A stretch of 64,000 nt of DNA, taken from contig OZ240245.1 of assembly GCA_965198175.1 (NCBI GenBank), positions 3,040,001 through 3,104,000 on the forward strand, in the 5' to 3' direction. The notes under the pieces are model-generated. The model was given only the letters and a program-made list of their open reading frames with translations, had not been told where the DNA came from and made no database searches. The stretch's first letter is position 1. Each line of letters opens with the position of its first letter. The position numbers and the translations under genes are program-made. This stretch comes from Candidatus Poribacteria bacterium. Its GTDB lineage: Bacteria > Poribacteria > WGA-4E > PCPOR2b. This document shows, piece after piece, positions 28,473 to 39,095 of this stretch.

Positions 28473-29398
28473 TGCACTTCCCCTTTTGTTACGTTCATGA
28501 AGGCCGATTCCAAATCGCCTCCTCGCTGCTTGAACTCGACGACACGATATCCACTCTGAATCAGGCTTTCGAGAATTTCGCTGCACGTCTCCTCAGAACC
28601 GGTGACTTTTGCCTCGATCTCATCTCCTAACCGATTAGCCGCTGCAACATGCGGCATTATCAGCATCGCCTTATGCAGGTCGTCTTGTCGGTCAAGAGAT
28701 CGAATTACAATGGTGCGCTGTCCTGCATTCGGACTGTCAATCTCTTGTAAGTTTCCAGATGCGACAATCTTTCCCTGTTCAATGATGACGGCGCCATCGC
28801 AAATCTCCGATAGTTCGGTCAAGATGTGCGAACTAATCAGGATGGCTTTTCCTTGCCCTGAAAGAATACTCAGCAGTTCCCTCAGTTCGACCCGCGCCCG
28901 CGGATCTAGCCCGGCAGCCGGTTCATCCATCACCAACACTGGCGGGTCGTGTATGAGTGCGCGTGCAAGGCTGACTCGCTGTTTCATCCCCTTTGATAGC
29001 GCGTGGAGGATTTTTCCCCGAATGCCTGTAAGTTTAGTGAAGCCTTCGATGCTTTCGACCACTTGTCGGCGCTGCGTTCCCGCTAGCCCGTAGGCGCGAG
29101 CGAAAAAGTCCAAGTAGTCGTGCACAGAGATATCCCTGTGTGCGGGTAGAGTGTCCGGTACATATCCAACCAGCCGGCGTGCGTTCTCCGGCGCCTCAAC
29201 AATCGAGACTCCATCAATTGTTGCGTCGCCGCTTGTCGGTTCATCAAGCGTCGCTAGGATTCTCATTGTCGTGGTTTTGCCGGCGCCATTGGGACCGACA
29301 AAGCCGATGATTTGCCCCGATGAAAAGGTAAATGAGATGTCGTCAACCGCGCGGGTTCTGTCGAAGTATTTCTTAATGTGAACGATGTTAACATGCAT
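28469..29398 (-). CDS. ABC transporter ATP-binding protein
   Basis: Walker A GPNGAGKT, signature LSKGMKQR, Walker B VLVMDEP, H-loop SSH. Confidence 0.97.
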   Translation of the reverse strand: MHVNIVHIKKYFDRTRAVDDISFTFSSGQIIGFVGPNGAGKTTTMRILATLDEPTSGDATIDGVSIVEAPENARRLVGYVPDTLPAHRDISVHDYLDFFARAYGLAGTQRRQVVESIEGFTKLTGIRGKILHALSKGMKQRVSLARALIHDPPVLVMDEPAAGLDPRARVELRELLSILSGQGKAILISSHILTELSEICDGAVIIEQGKIVASGNLQEIDSPNAGQRTIVIRSLDRQDDLHKAMLIMPHVAAANRLGDEIEAKVTGSEETCSEILESLIQSGYRVVEFKQRGGDLESAFMNVTKGEVQ

Positions 29399-29626
29399 GG
29401 AATACCTCTTGGGTTAAAGATGGTCTGTGATCCCTCGCATCGGGAGATGTGCGCGTGAGCGCGGCAATTCAAAACCGGCCGGTCAAGGTTTGTAAATCCC
29501 AAGCTACGGTTGGTTTTCATCCAATGTCAGAGATCGAGACCAGTGCTGTCCGGATAGGTTGGTATTCGGAGTCGTGATCTGTTCCCATACGCGAAGCAAT
29601 TGTGCCAAGACATCATGAACGGAGAC

Positions 29627-31747
29627 TCATTGCTCATTCAAGATGCCGTAAACGACAGAGCTATATCTCTTTTCCGTCGTCTTCCGAAGACCTTCCTCAA
29701 TAAACGGGGCGGATGATAATGTCGCGATATAACAGCCGGGACGGAGGTAGTTCTCAGGAGCCTTCTTAAGATGTTCGATATTTTGGATCCAATCTTCAGA
29801 GGCAAATATCCCGCGCAAGTTAGGCGCCACCTCGCTATGGATTCTGAGTGCTCCATTAGTTTTGTCTGCTTTAATCATGTACGTGCGATCCCAAATTTCA
29901 TCCGTTATCTCCCACTCAAGCCCGTGCTTTTGCACGGAAACCGAAACATCATCGGAGAGTAACGCGCCACGCAATTTCATTTCATCCCTTAGCATCGGTG
30001 AAATGTTCCCCGTATCCAAAACCGTATTGATAGATGGATCCCACAACTTGAGCAGAAGTTTTTCATGAGTCCCACCCGCACGACCGAGACGCAAGTCCAT
30101 CCGTGACACCAGTTCCGCTTCCGCGCCGGCGGGAATATCGGTTCCAGAGTAGATTGCCCCATCTCTGTTCGCCAACCAGAACTGGCTTATGTCAGCTCCT
30201 AAGCCATTGACAACACTCAAACTATCGCTCACTCCACGTCTAACCGTGATGCGATCACGCCTCACTTCGCTCTTGCGGAGCATGAAATGCGCCGGAACGC
30301 GCGCCGTCATCCAACCGCTTGCCAGGTGCTGGTCGTGCGTCCAGTCGACCGTCCGAGGCGTCCCTTTAAGCGGAGTCGCAGCAATTTGAGGGGTCAGCTC
30401 TGTCTCATAGTCGAAGTGCAATCCATCGCCCGGAGTGAGAGACGAATAGAACGCCGTCCAACCAATCGTCGTGGCGCGGTGAGTCCTTTCGTCGAGAAGC
30501 GTCAGTCCTTCAATCCGGGCGTGTCGCGTCCACCCTTCGGCGAACGTCGCGTACCCGAACACAGCGAGACAGGTGATGAGCGAAATGACCGGCGTCGTCC
30601 AAAGCATCCAGATACGCCGCTTTTTGCGCGACAGTGCGATGAGGTTCACCGGCCCGATTGCCAAGGCGAAAAGGAGCATCAATAGGAACATGCCCCGAAC
30701 TGGAACGCCTAGGCCGCTGACCACTGAAAACATGGTGTTGGCATCTTCTACCGAGTGTACGATTCGCATTGGGGTTGCGGTCTGCACCCAGGAAGACACA
30801 ATCTCAGCCCACTGATCCGGCGTTAAGTGCTTCGTATCCATCTCAGCGCTCACGAGGCACTGACCGAAACCGACATCGTAGTTGGCGATCCCAGCAGTAT
30901 CGGCGCCAACCTTCAACCGCCAGCTATCCGGAAGTTCTCGCCCTCTCAACACAAGCAGGGCGCCGCCGCACTCCACGTAACGCCATAGCGCCGATTGAAC
31001 ATTCAGAGGCATCTCCCGGATATCCTCATCCGAGACGACGACGCCATCGTATCGTGAATAACCGAGCCAGCTTCCACTCCACGCTGAGGCAGGCAACCCA
31101 AGATCGATAGTCGCGTAAGATGCGCCGCTGCTTGAGGAAGCGTACGGATGGGGGCTGCCACCTGACGGGGAGACGCCGCCACTTGGCGGCGAGGCGCTGA
31201 GTAGCTTGCCCGCGTGGAGGTGCAAATCTGTGGTGTCCACGTTTCGACTTATCAGAATCCGGAGCGATGAGAAGTAACTTATCACATGAGATCTTCCACT
31301 CATTCCGCTAGTTGAAACCCGGGAAGCATGATAATCTTTCCCACCGTGATCGAAGATTGACAACGGAACCGCCTCATCTTGTACATCACCGTTGATGGCG
31401 ACGCCCAAGTCCCTGCCACCCAACGTCACCGGCGGTTGAAGCAACGCGACGTGGACGGTGGCGGAGGGACCGACAACGACTGAGCGGGTGATTTTTCGGA
31501 TGTGATTCCCAAGACCAAAGGAACTGTTTTTCGGCAAAGTCAATGTCACCTGATGCGTCTTGTCAGGCGAACGATTCGATACAGCAATCCTGTATTCCGC
31601 ATAGCCGTGCAAGCTTGTGCCGCTTGGAGTGAGCTCCGGTGTAATTTTAATATCGTCAAACTCCATCCGTGCGAATGTGCCCGATACGGAGTAACACAGG
31701 CACACGGCGACGAGAAAGAGGATGGAACACGGAGCAGAATATTTCAT
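29627..31747 (-). CDS. Exported/membrane protein associated with the MoxR-ABC cluster (706 aa)
   Basis: Signal peptide; GATase-like 'YDGVVV...ALWRYVECGGALLV'; two TM helices (IGPVN...WTTP). Confidence 0.85.
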   Translation of the reverse strand: MKYSAPCSILFLVAVCLCYSVSGTFARMEFDDIKITPELTPSGTSLHGYAEYRIAVSNRSPDKTHQVTLTLPKNSSFGLGNHIRKITRSVVVGPSATVHVALLQPPVTLGGRDLGVAINGDVQDEAVPLSIFDHGGKDYHASRVSTSGMSGRSHVISYFSSLRILISRNVDTTDLHLHAGKLLSASPPSGGVSPSGGSPHPYASSSSGASYATIDLGLPASAWSGSWLGYSRYDGVVVSDEDIREMPLNVQSALWRYVECGGALLVLRGRELPDSWRLKVGADTAGIANYDVGFGQCLVSAEMDTKHLTPDQWAEIVSSWVQTATPMRIVHSVEDANTMFSVVSGLGVPVRGMFLLMLLFALAIGPVNLIALSRKKRRIWMLWTTPVISLITCLAVFGYATFAEGWTRHARIEGLTLLDERTHRATTIGWTAFYSSLTPGDGLHFDYETELTPQIAATPLKGTPRTVDWTHDQHLASGWMTARVPAHFMLRKSEVRRDRITVRRGVSDSLSVVNGLGADISQFWLANRDGAIYSGTDIPAGAEAELVSRMDLRLGRAGGTHEKLLLKLWDPSINTVLDTGNISPMLRDEMKLRGALLSDDVSVSVQKHGLEWEITDEIWDRTYMIKADKTNGALRIHSEVAPNLRGIFASEDWIQNIEHLKKAPENYLRPGCYIATLSSAPFIEEGLRKTTEKRYSSVVYGILNEQ

Positions 31748-31928
31748 TGCAGATTACCTCAGTTTATATCAGTTATGACAATAGTGTTTCACTGTCGCAC
31801 ATAGATTAATCTTCATAACATGCTTGATACCAATTAATTCCAAATTGCGTTACGCACGTCCTCACGGACGATTTTCTGCAGCCTTCCAATCCCGCAATTT
31901 TCTAGTTACGCAAGCCTACAATCTAAAC

Positions 31929-32978
31929 TCAGTCGGATCGAATCTCGAGGTCGTCAGGCAGATTGAGATCGGTCTCATCAAGGGACTTGAGAAGACTATC
32001 CACTACTGAGAAGGCATCCATACCATCGAAGCGGGCTTGATAGTTCAAAATCACGCGATGGTTCAGGACGGACGGGGCTACTGCTTGTACATCCTCGAAT
32101 CCGACAGTTGGGCGACCTGAAAGCAAAGCTGACGCCCGCGCTGCCTCTGCCATTGCTATCGCAGCTCTTGGTGATGCAGCGTAGGTGACATATTTTCTAA
32201 CATCTTCGGTAGTCTCAGGCGAGTTCGGATGAGTCGAAGCGGTCAAACGCGATATGTAACGGGAAACGGGTTTGGGCAGGAATATCCTGTCCATTACTTC
32301 GAATAGCTGATGCAGTTGCTCGGCACTCATCGACCAAGAGGGAACAGGAGGTTCGCCACGACGGCGCGTTGAGATGATGTCGTCGAGTACCTTCACATCA
32401 GCGTTAGGAACGATTAGTTTGAACAGAAATCGGTCCAACTGGGCTTCTGGAAGCGGATAAGTTCCCTCTAATTCAATAGGGTTCTGAGAGGCAAGGACAA
32501 AAAAGGGATTCGGTAATGCGCGAGTGTTTCCAAGCAGAGTGACAGAACGCTCCTGCATTGCCTCAAGCAATGCGGATTGTGTTTTCGGAGAAGCGCGGTT
32601 AATCTCATCGGCGAGCAGGATGTTAGTAAACACTGGTCCCGCCTGGAACGTCATCTCCCGTCGCCCTTCCGAGGTTTGTTGCAAGATATGTGTGCCGACG
32701 ATGTCTCCCGGCATCAGATCGGGAGTAAACTGCACCCGGTTAAATACGAGACTGAGCAATTGGCCTAGCGCCTTCACGAGCGCGGTTTTACCGACGCCCG
32801 GCACACCTTCGAGCAGGATATGTCCATGACTTAGGATGCCGGCTAGTACCATGCGATGTAACTCAGATCTACCTAGCAGGATTTGATCTAGTTCCGCAAG
32901 CACTTTTGCTGTGAGTTCAACAGCGGGGTTCAGTTCTTCAGGCTGTAGTAGCGTTGCTGATTTCTTGCTATTTTGCAC
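31929..32978 (-). CDS. moxR: MoxR-family AAA+ ATPase
   Basis: GVPGVGKT, RVQFTPDLMPGD, LLADEINRASPKTQSALLEAM, NPIELEGTYPLPEAQLDRF. Confidence 0.96.
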   Translation of the reverse strand: MQNSKKSATLLQPEELNPAVELTAKVLAELDQILLGRSELHRMVLAGILSHGHILLEGVPGVGKTALVKALGQLLSLVFNRVQFTPDLMPGDIVGTHILQQTSEGRREMTFQAGPVFTNILLADEINRASPKTQSALLEAMQERSVTLLGNTRALPNPFFVLASQNPIELEGTYPLPEAQLDRFLFKLIVPNADVKVLDDIISTRRRGEPPVPSWSMSAEQLHQLFEVMDRIFLPKPVSRYISRLTASTHPNSPETTEDVRKYVTYAASPRAAIAMAEAARASALLSGRPTVGFEDVQAVAPSVLNHRVILNYQARFDGMDAFSVVDSLLKSLDETDLNLPDDLEIRSD

Positions 32979-33063
32979 TATAGTTTGGTTGAGGCGTCTC
33001 TCTTTGAGATTTTAATTCATCATTAACGGTATCCGGAACATCTTTGCTGAGGTGGGTCAAGGC

Positions 33064-34847
33064 TTATTCCTCACTTAGTATGCCGTAGACGATAGAGCAG
33101 AAACTCTTTTCCGTAGTCTTACGAAGTCCCTCCTCAATAAGAAGTGAGGCGTCTAAAAACGCGATATAACAGCCGGGACGGAGGTACTTCTCAGGATTTT
33201 TCCGAATATCTTCAAAGGCAAGTATCCATTGAGGAGAGGCGAATATCTTCCTTAAGCTGGGTGTCCCTTCATGGTGGACGCGGAGAGTACTCCAGCCTTG
33301 GGTCTGTTTCGGCAAATATTTGTGCCCCCATACTTCATTCGGTATCTGCCGCCGTTTCCCATGTTATTGGACCTCAAGCGTAGCATCATTGGACCGTAAC
33401 ATGCCGCGCCATTTCATCGCTTGTTTCGAAATCGGTGGCTTGTTCACCTGTCCCAACTCAGGATCGACATAAGCATCCCACACGTGGAACACCAATGTTT
33501 CACCCAGGCGCAGCTCTTTCTCTGGCGTCATAGCCGCCTCTGTTCCTGCGGGAATACCGGTTGCAGAATAGATAGCACCATCTAGGACAGCCAACCAGAA
33601 CTGGTTTATGTCCGCCCCCAGTCCATTGACAACCCTCAGCCCCACGTCTCCTCCTTGTCTAATCGTGGCGCGCTCACACCTTATTTCGCTCTTGCGAATC
33701 ATGAAGTGCGCCGGAACGCGAGCTGTCACCCAGCCGCTCGACAAGTGCTGGGCGTGGGTCCACTCGACGGTGCGAGGTGTCCCTACCTCTAACACAATTT
33801 GGGGCGTCAGTTCCGTCTCGTAGCCGAAATGCAATCCATCGCCAGGAGTAAGAGACGAATAGAACGCCATCCAGCCAATCGTCGTGGCGCGATGAATCCT
33901 TTCGTCAAGGATCGTAAGTCCTTCTGTGCGCACATGCCGCTTCCACCCTTCGGCGAACGTTGCGTATGCGAACACAGCGCAACAGGTCATCAGCGAGATA
34001 ATCGGTATCGTCCAAAGCAACCAGATGTGTCGCCTTTTGTGCGACAGGACGATGAGGTTCCGCGGACCGATTGCTAAGGCGAAAAGGAACATCAAAAGGA
34101 ACATACCCCGCACGGGAACGTCCAGACCACTGACCACCGGAAACGCGGCGTTGGCATCTACAGCAGAGCGTCCGATTTGCCAAGGCTCCGAAGTCTTCCG
34201 CCACGAATCCACAATCTATCGGCACTGTTCCAGTGATAGGCTCCCTGTATCTATTTCAGCGTTCACGATACACTGACCAAAACCAACATCGTAGTTGACG
34301 AACCTGGATCTATCACTTGCACTCTCCAACTCCAGCTTTGGGGGAGTTCTCTCCCTTCCAACACCAGCAGAGTACCGCTGCACTCCACGTAACGCCACAA
34401 TGCGGATTGAACCTCTGGCGGCATCTGCCCGGACATCGTCGCCCGTGACGACAACGCCATCGGCCGTGAGAAGCCGAGCCAACTCTTACTCCACGCTGAA
34501 GCTGGCAACCCGAAATCGATGGTTTCATAAGGAGTACCACTTCGTGAAGCGTACAAACTGAGTATGTTATTGACGTGGACGTGTAGTTTTGTAAAATCTA
34601 CATTTCGACTCAAGAGCAAACGGGGCGGTTCACCACGGGTGAACTTCGAAGCCATACCCGGTCCCATTGCCGCCCTAGGCGGGTGCCGCATATGCCACAT
34701 GCCCATTACGTCTGGACCGTGGTCAGCGATGGACAACGGAACCATGCCATCTTCCGCCTCACCATCAATTGCCACGCCTAAACCGTTGCCTTCCAACTTT
34801 ACGGGCGGCTGGAACAAGGTTACATGGACGGTGGCGGAACATCTCAT
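33064..34847 (-). pseudogene. Degraded, 5'-truncated paralogue of the 29627-31747 gene
   Basis: Fragments in different frames (34263-34847, 34216-34482, 33364-34212, 33064-33315) match the intact copy in order (e.g. FYSSLTPGDGLHFxYETELTPQ, YLRPGCYIA...EEGLRKTTEK); frameshifts and internal stops present. Confidence 0.9.
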
Positions 34848-34961
34848 TGCTGATCGCCTTAGGTTAGGTCGGCAACAAAAAAGCAGGCTCGACGGGTGCG
34901 GACAAACTGGCCACGGAGACTCGAAATCACAAACTAGCCGTTCTCTGCTTGATGGTGTACG

Positions 34962-36338
34962 TTAGGGTCTTTCAAAATAGCGTTTTACTACCGCTTTGTG
35001 ACGGGGTAGAACGGTTTGGGTAACTGATGAACCGCCACCAGCTGTTGCGCCGTTGAGCCTCCCCGCTCCCTGTGGCAAGCTAGATGTCTCGACTGATGGA
35101 GCCGCAGCGCTAATTCCGAAGATTTCACTGTCTTGAAGGGATGCGATGTCCGACAGTGGAAGAATTTCCGCATTGAACTTCGCCCCCTCCTCCGCAGTGC
35201 CGTCGCTCCAAGTCATGGGTGCATGACCGGGACCGCGGTTGATACCGCCTCGACACCATCCACCGATACAAGCGGATACTGACATGTGTTCCGAGTTCTC
35301 GGCAAGAAATGCAGCAAGCCCAGCGCTGTCGCACTGCCCGAGCTTCTCGCATGCTTTCAGCGTTTCCAGACCAATTAGGTTTACTGCATTAAGCTTCGTC
35401 AATCGGTCAATGATGTCTTGTTTGGATAAACGCAACGCTGCGGCGATCTCCTTGAGTTGCTCAGGCGTGAGCGCATCCGCATTATCCTCAAGATCCAGTA
35501 GCTGTGCAGCGAGCAGCGCATTCACTTCAGTCGCCTTCTGAACCATCCCAGATAACGTCGTCATCGCCTCCGCTAATAGCTTGGCATCCATCTCCGACGC
35601 CTCGTTCATTAAACCTTCAGCCAAGGTTTCCGCCTCGTTCAGGCGTTCCGTTTCGCTCAAGGCGTCCTCGGCAGCCTCCGTTGCTTCTTGAGAGAGCATA
35701 TCCGTGAGATGGTCCAACGCTTCCCAAGTCTTGACTGGATCTTCGCCCGAAGCCTCCGCTTGGAGCTGATCCAGTTTTTCTTCAAGGGTCTCCGCTTGGG
35801 CTAATTCGATGATCTCCTCTTCCTTGAGCACGTCAATTCCGACCGCCAATTGGTTGACCTCTTCGCTAATATCAAGAGGATGTGCCTTAGGTATTTCTAC
35901 AAAACGTTGCGGTATCAACAAACTGATGCAAACGAACACGACAGCCCCAGTAAAGCGTGCCCAAGAAACTCCGCCGTGCCAGCGAAACCGCGGTCGGTGA
36001 ATCTGCGGCATCTGTTTACCCCAACTGCCCAGTTCCACGGTTTCCGCCGCCATCATAAGCCCACCGGATCCGCTGTGTTTATCGAGGCTGGCTCGAACAG
36101 CAGATCGAGTCGGAATCTGATGCAACGCGAGTATTACCGCAACGCCTAACGCCATTAACAGCCCGATGCCTCCGCCCAATAGTAACAGACGGGGCATCCC
36201 AATTGTTGCACGAAGCACAATGACCGCCGTGCCCCAAAGTAGTCCCCAGACGGTCGCGACAGCGAGGATCTTCTTTAGGACCAGGAATGTCGCCAATTTG
36301 ATTCTGAACCAACGAATTGCTTTTTCATCCCTGTTCAT
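34962..36338 (-). CDS. Membrane-anchored coiled-coil protein of the MoxR/VWA cluster
   Basis: N-terminal TM helices, long helical region, Gly-rich tail ending LPRHKAVVKRYF; AGGAG RBS. Confidence 0.85.
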   Translation of the reverse strand: MNRDEKAIRWFRIKLATFLVLKKILAVATVWGLLWGTAVIVLRATIGMPRLLLLGGGIGLLMALGVAVILALHQIPTRSAVRASLDKHSGSGGLMMAAETVELGSWGKQMPQIHRPRFRWHGGVSWARFTGAVVFVCISLLIPQRFVEIPKAHPLDISEEVNQLAVGIDVLKEEEIIELAQAETLEEKLDQLQAEASGEDPVKTWEALDHLTDMLSQEATEAAEDALSETERLNEAETLAEGLMNEASEMDAKLLAEAMTTLSGMVQKATEVNALLAAQLLDLEDNADALTPEQLKEIAAALRLSKQDIIDRLTKLNAVNLIGLETLKACEKLGQCDSAGLAAFLAENSEHMSVSACIGGWCRGGINRGPGHAPMTWSDGTAEEGAKFNAEILPLSDIASLQDSEIFGISAAAPSVETSSLPQGAGRLNGATAGGGSSVTQTVLPRHKAVVKRYFERP

Positions 36339-36467
36339 GGAATGTCTCCTGTTTAAGTGTACGGATATGTGACGGATGCACCGGAATCCGTTCGGTCAAT
36401 TCGCATTGAGAAGGATGCAGATACAACATACATTATACCTTATTTGGCGAGAAATAAACAAGTCTAA

Positions 36468-36634
36468 GAGCCTGTTTGAAAACGAAAAAGTGACGCGAAC
36501 GGTTGATGTTTACGTTTACTCATTGGGGAAGTAAATACTGAACCAATGAAAGGAGTAAATATGAACCGCAAGAGTTATTCCATGGTTAAGGTCACTGATG
36601 CCAAACCGTATCAAATGACTTTTCAATCAGGTTC
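36468..36634 (+). mobile_element. Internally deleted IS5-family (IS1031/IS427-like) element / MITE, 167 bp
   Basis: Terminal IRs GAGCCTGTTTGAAAA / TTTTCAATCAGGTTC (13/15 match); flanked by TAA and TGA; internal AGGAG + MNRKSYSMVKVTDA resembling an IS5 transposase N-terminus. Confidence 0.7.
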
Positions 36635-36664
36635 TGAGGGCATGAATTGCTAATCGAGAAAAAA

Positions 36665-36692
36665 TTGACAAAATTGCTGTCTATGATATAAT
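36665..36692 (+). promoter_or_regulatory. Near-consensus sigma70 promoter with extended -10
   Basis: TTGACA-16 nt-TATAAT with TGn before the -10. Confidence 0.75.
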
Positions 36693-36783
36693 GAATACTA
36701 GCGATAACATGAGGGGGAGATTTCGCGTTTTACGAATCAGGTACTACTATACCTGTTGAACAATAATCTGCTTTGGGGGTATT

Positions 36784-37674
36784 ATGAAAAAAACGGCAAA
36801 ACTTCGCAAAATGATTGACGAGGGAAAGACGGTTGTTGGTGTCGGTGCTCAGGACGCTCTGTCTGGGTTGTTAGTCCAGCGAGCTGGTTTCGACGCTGTA
36901 TATGTGGGCAGCTATTCCACCGAAGCCTCATTTTTGGGCAAGCCGGATTTAGCCCTCATGTCCAAAACGGAACGCCTTCTACTCGTCCGCAACGTTGTAA
37001 AGGCGGTAGATGTACCAGTGATAGCCGACATGGAGGAAGGGTACGGTAACGCCATCAGCGTCATGGATTCAATTCGAGATTTTGAGGATGCTGGCGTTGC
37101 TGGGGTTCACATTGACGACGAACAGCTTCCCTGTAAGTGCCCATTTCTGCCCGGTATCCCTCGCAATCAGCTTATCTCTGTAGACGAGATGTGTGGCAAG
37201 ATTGAGGCGGCAGTTGATGCACGTCAGGACCCGAATTTTTTGATTATCGCACGTTGTGACACAATCGGGACAGTTCCGCTCGAAATGTACTACGAGAAGA
37301 ATATGATCGAAGATGTTGTCGAGCGGAGCAACGCTTACGTTGACGCAGGTGCGGACGGCGTTATGCTGATGGCTCTAAACGTCGGCGAGATGGAGTATTT
37401 CGCTGAACGAATAAAGGGGCTGCGGGTCGGCCTCTTTGCTCCTATGGAGCCAATCGCAATCAAAGAGTTTGAACGAACTGGCTATGCGATGACGATAGGT
37501 TCGATTGCGACGCTGTATATGTACGTAAGAGGTCTGCTAGACGGTCTAAAGAAATTGTACGAAACAGGGGATTGGAACGAGATTGCCGATCACATTGCTA
37601 CAGATGATGAATTCTACGAAGTGCTCGGGCTTCAGGATTACCGTGCATTTTACGATAAATACCGCATTCCATAA
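36784..37674 (+). CDS. Isocitrate lyase / PEP mutase superfamily enzyme
   Basis: AGFDAVYVGS, PVIADMEEGYGNA, AGVHIDD, IIARCD, AYVDAGAD motifs. Confidence 0.92.
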   Translation: MKKTAKLRKMIDEGKTVVGVGAQDALSGLLVQRAGFDAVYVGSYSTEASFLGKPDLALMSKTERLLLVRNVVKAVDVPVIADMEEGYGNAISVMDSIRDFEDAGVAGVHIDDEQLPCKCPFLPGIPRNQLISVDEMCGKIEAAVDARQDPNFLIIARCDTIGTVPLEMYYEKNMIEDVVERSNAYVDAGADGVMLMALNVGEMEYFAERIKGLRVGLFAPMEPIAIKEFERTGYAMTIGSIATLYMYVRGLLDGLKKLYETGDWNEIADHIATDDEFYEVLGLQDYRAFYDKYRIP

Positions 37675-37743
37675 GTCGGATGCCGAACTGTCGTTTGGTT
37701 AATAAAAATAGGTCGCAACGACGGATAAAGAGGTGAAATAACT

Positions 37744-38925
37744 GTGCTGAGAGTTGGATTTGTCGGTCTCGGGTTTATAAGTGATGAACACGTGTTAGGA
37801 TACATCGACAACGAGGATGCGAGGATTGTCGCTGTAGCGGATGTCGATGAAGAAAAAGGGCGAGCTTGGTTGCGGAAATGGAAATTGCCATACGACGTGG
37901 AGTTATATACAAACTTTGAAGACATGCTCCAGCGGGAAGCGCTAGACATCCTTGAGATATTGACCCCACACAATCTGCATTGTCCTATGGTGTTGAAAGC
38001 TGCCGAGGCGAATGTGAAAAACATCAGCGTTCAGAAACCGATGGGGCTTAATCTGCGCGAGGCGAATCGGATGATTGAGGCGTGTCGGGCGAAAGGTGTG
38101 AAACTCAGGGTTTATGAAAATGCACTATTCTATCCCATCTATAAAAAAGCGAAGGAATTGATTGACGGCGGCTTAATAGGCGAGTTGCTTACGATGCGCT
38201 CTTGCACAATGGTAGGTATCCGAGAAGGCATTGAGTGGCCATCGGCTTGGTCAGCATCAAGCTGGCGTGGAAACCTCGCAACGGCTGGATCCGGACCACT
38301 GATTGGCGATCACGGATTTCACCGATTCTCTGTCGTGAGATGGTTTATGGAGCGAGATTTTGAGAAGGTGGACTGTTGGATTGAGCCGGATACGCGTCTA
38401 GATGCCCCTGCATTCATCCGTGCGAAGTTTCGAACCGCGCCCAATGAATCTCCAAAGTACGCCCAGATTGACTTCTCGTTTTCGCCGCGCATGTCGATAC
38501 CGTCCAATTTCTGGCTTGATGATTTTGTTGAGGTCGTTGGGGATAAAGGGATAATGTGGATTAACCAGTGCGATGCTGCCGGAGATCGAGAGATGTACAA
38601 AGAATTTGAAATGTCATCTAGCCCCGTGTTTCCACCGATTGCCGTATTCATTGACGGTCGAGTTGATACCTATTTGGCGGATATATCGTTAACGGATCGT
38701 AACTGGTCAACTTCTTTTGTAGCAAGCACCCGTCATTTTATAAAGGCAATTATTGAGGACGAGGAACCGATACACTCGGGTGAGGATGCAATGGAGATTA
38801 AACGCTACATTGTTGCGTCTTATCTTTCAGCGCAAGAGAGGCGTGAAATTCCTATTGACCAAATTACGTTAGAGGCTGAAGAACGCGGCGCATTGCAGTT
38901 GATGACAAATTTTTGCAATCAGTGA
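37744..38925 (+). CDS. Gfo/Idh/MocA family oxidoreductase
   Basis: VGFVGLGFIS Rossmann start, TPHNLH, VQKP, DHGFH. Confidence 0.93.
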   Translation: MLRVGFVGLGFISDEHVLGYIDNEDARIVAVADVDEEKGRAWLRKWKLPYDVELYTNFEDMLQREALDILEILTPHNLHCPMVLKAAEANVKNISVQKPMGLNLREANRMIEACRAKGVKLRVYENALFYPIYKKAKELIDGGLIGELLTMRSCTMVGIREGIEWPSAWSASSWRGNLATAGSGPLIGDHGFHRFSVVRWFMERDFEKVDCWIEPDTRLDAPAFIRAKFRTAPNESPKYAQIDFSFSPRMSIPSNFWLDDFVEVVGDKGIMWINQCDAAGDREMYKEFEMSSSPVFPPIAVFIDGRVDTYLADISLTDRNWSTSFVASTRHFIKAIIEDEEPIHSGEDAMEIKRYIVASYLSAQERREIPIDQITLEAEERGALQLMTNFCNQ

Positions 38926-39095
38926 TCGATCGATAATGCGGCTGTAATTGGTCAGAGAAAAGGCGGAAATCTCATCTGCTTGTACATGTTGCTTTAGGAG
39001 TTTCTCAAAGAAATATGCCTTTCAATTGATTCGTTTGGATTGCTACATCCGAGCGGAGTAGCTGTAATGAGAACTTTTGCAGAACGGAGATTAAC

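Noticed and set aside
28473..28586. N-terminal extension of the ABC permease ORF
   Set aside because: It overlaps the ATPase gene; ATGA coupling at 28469-28472 gives a better start
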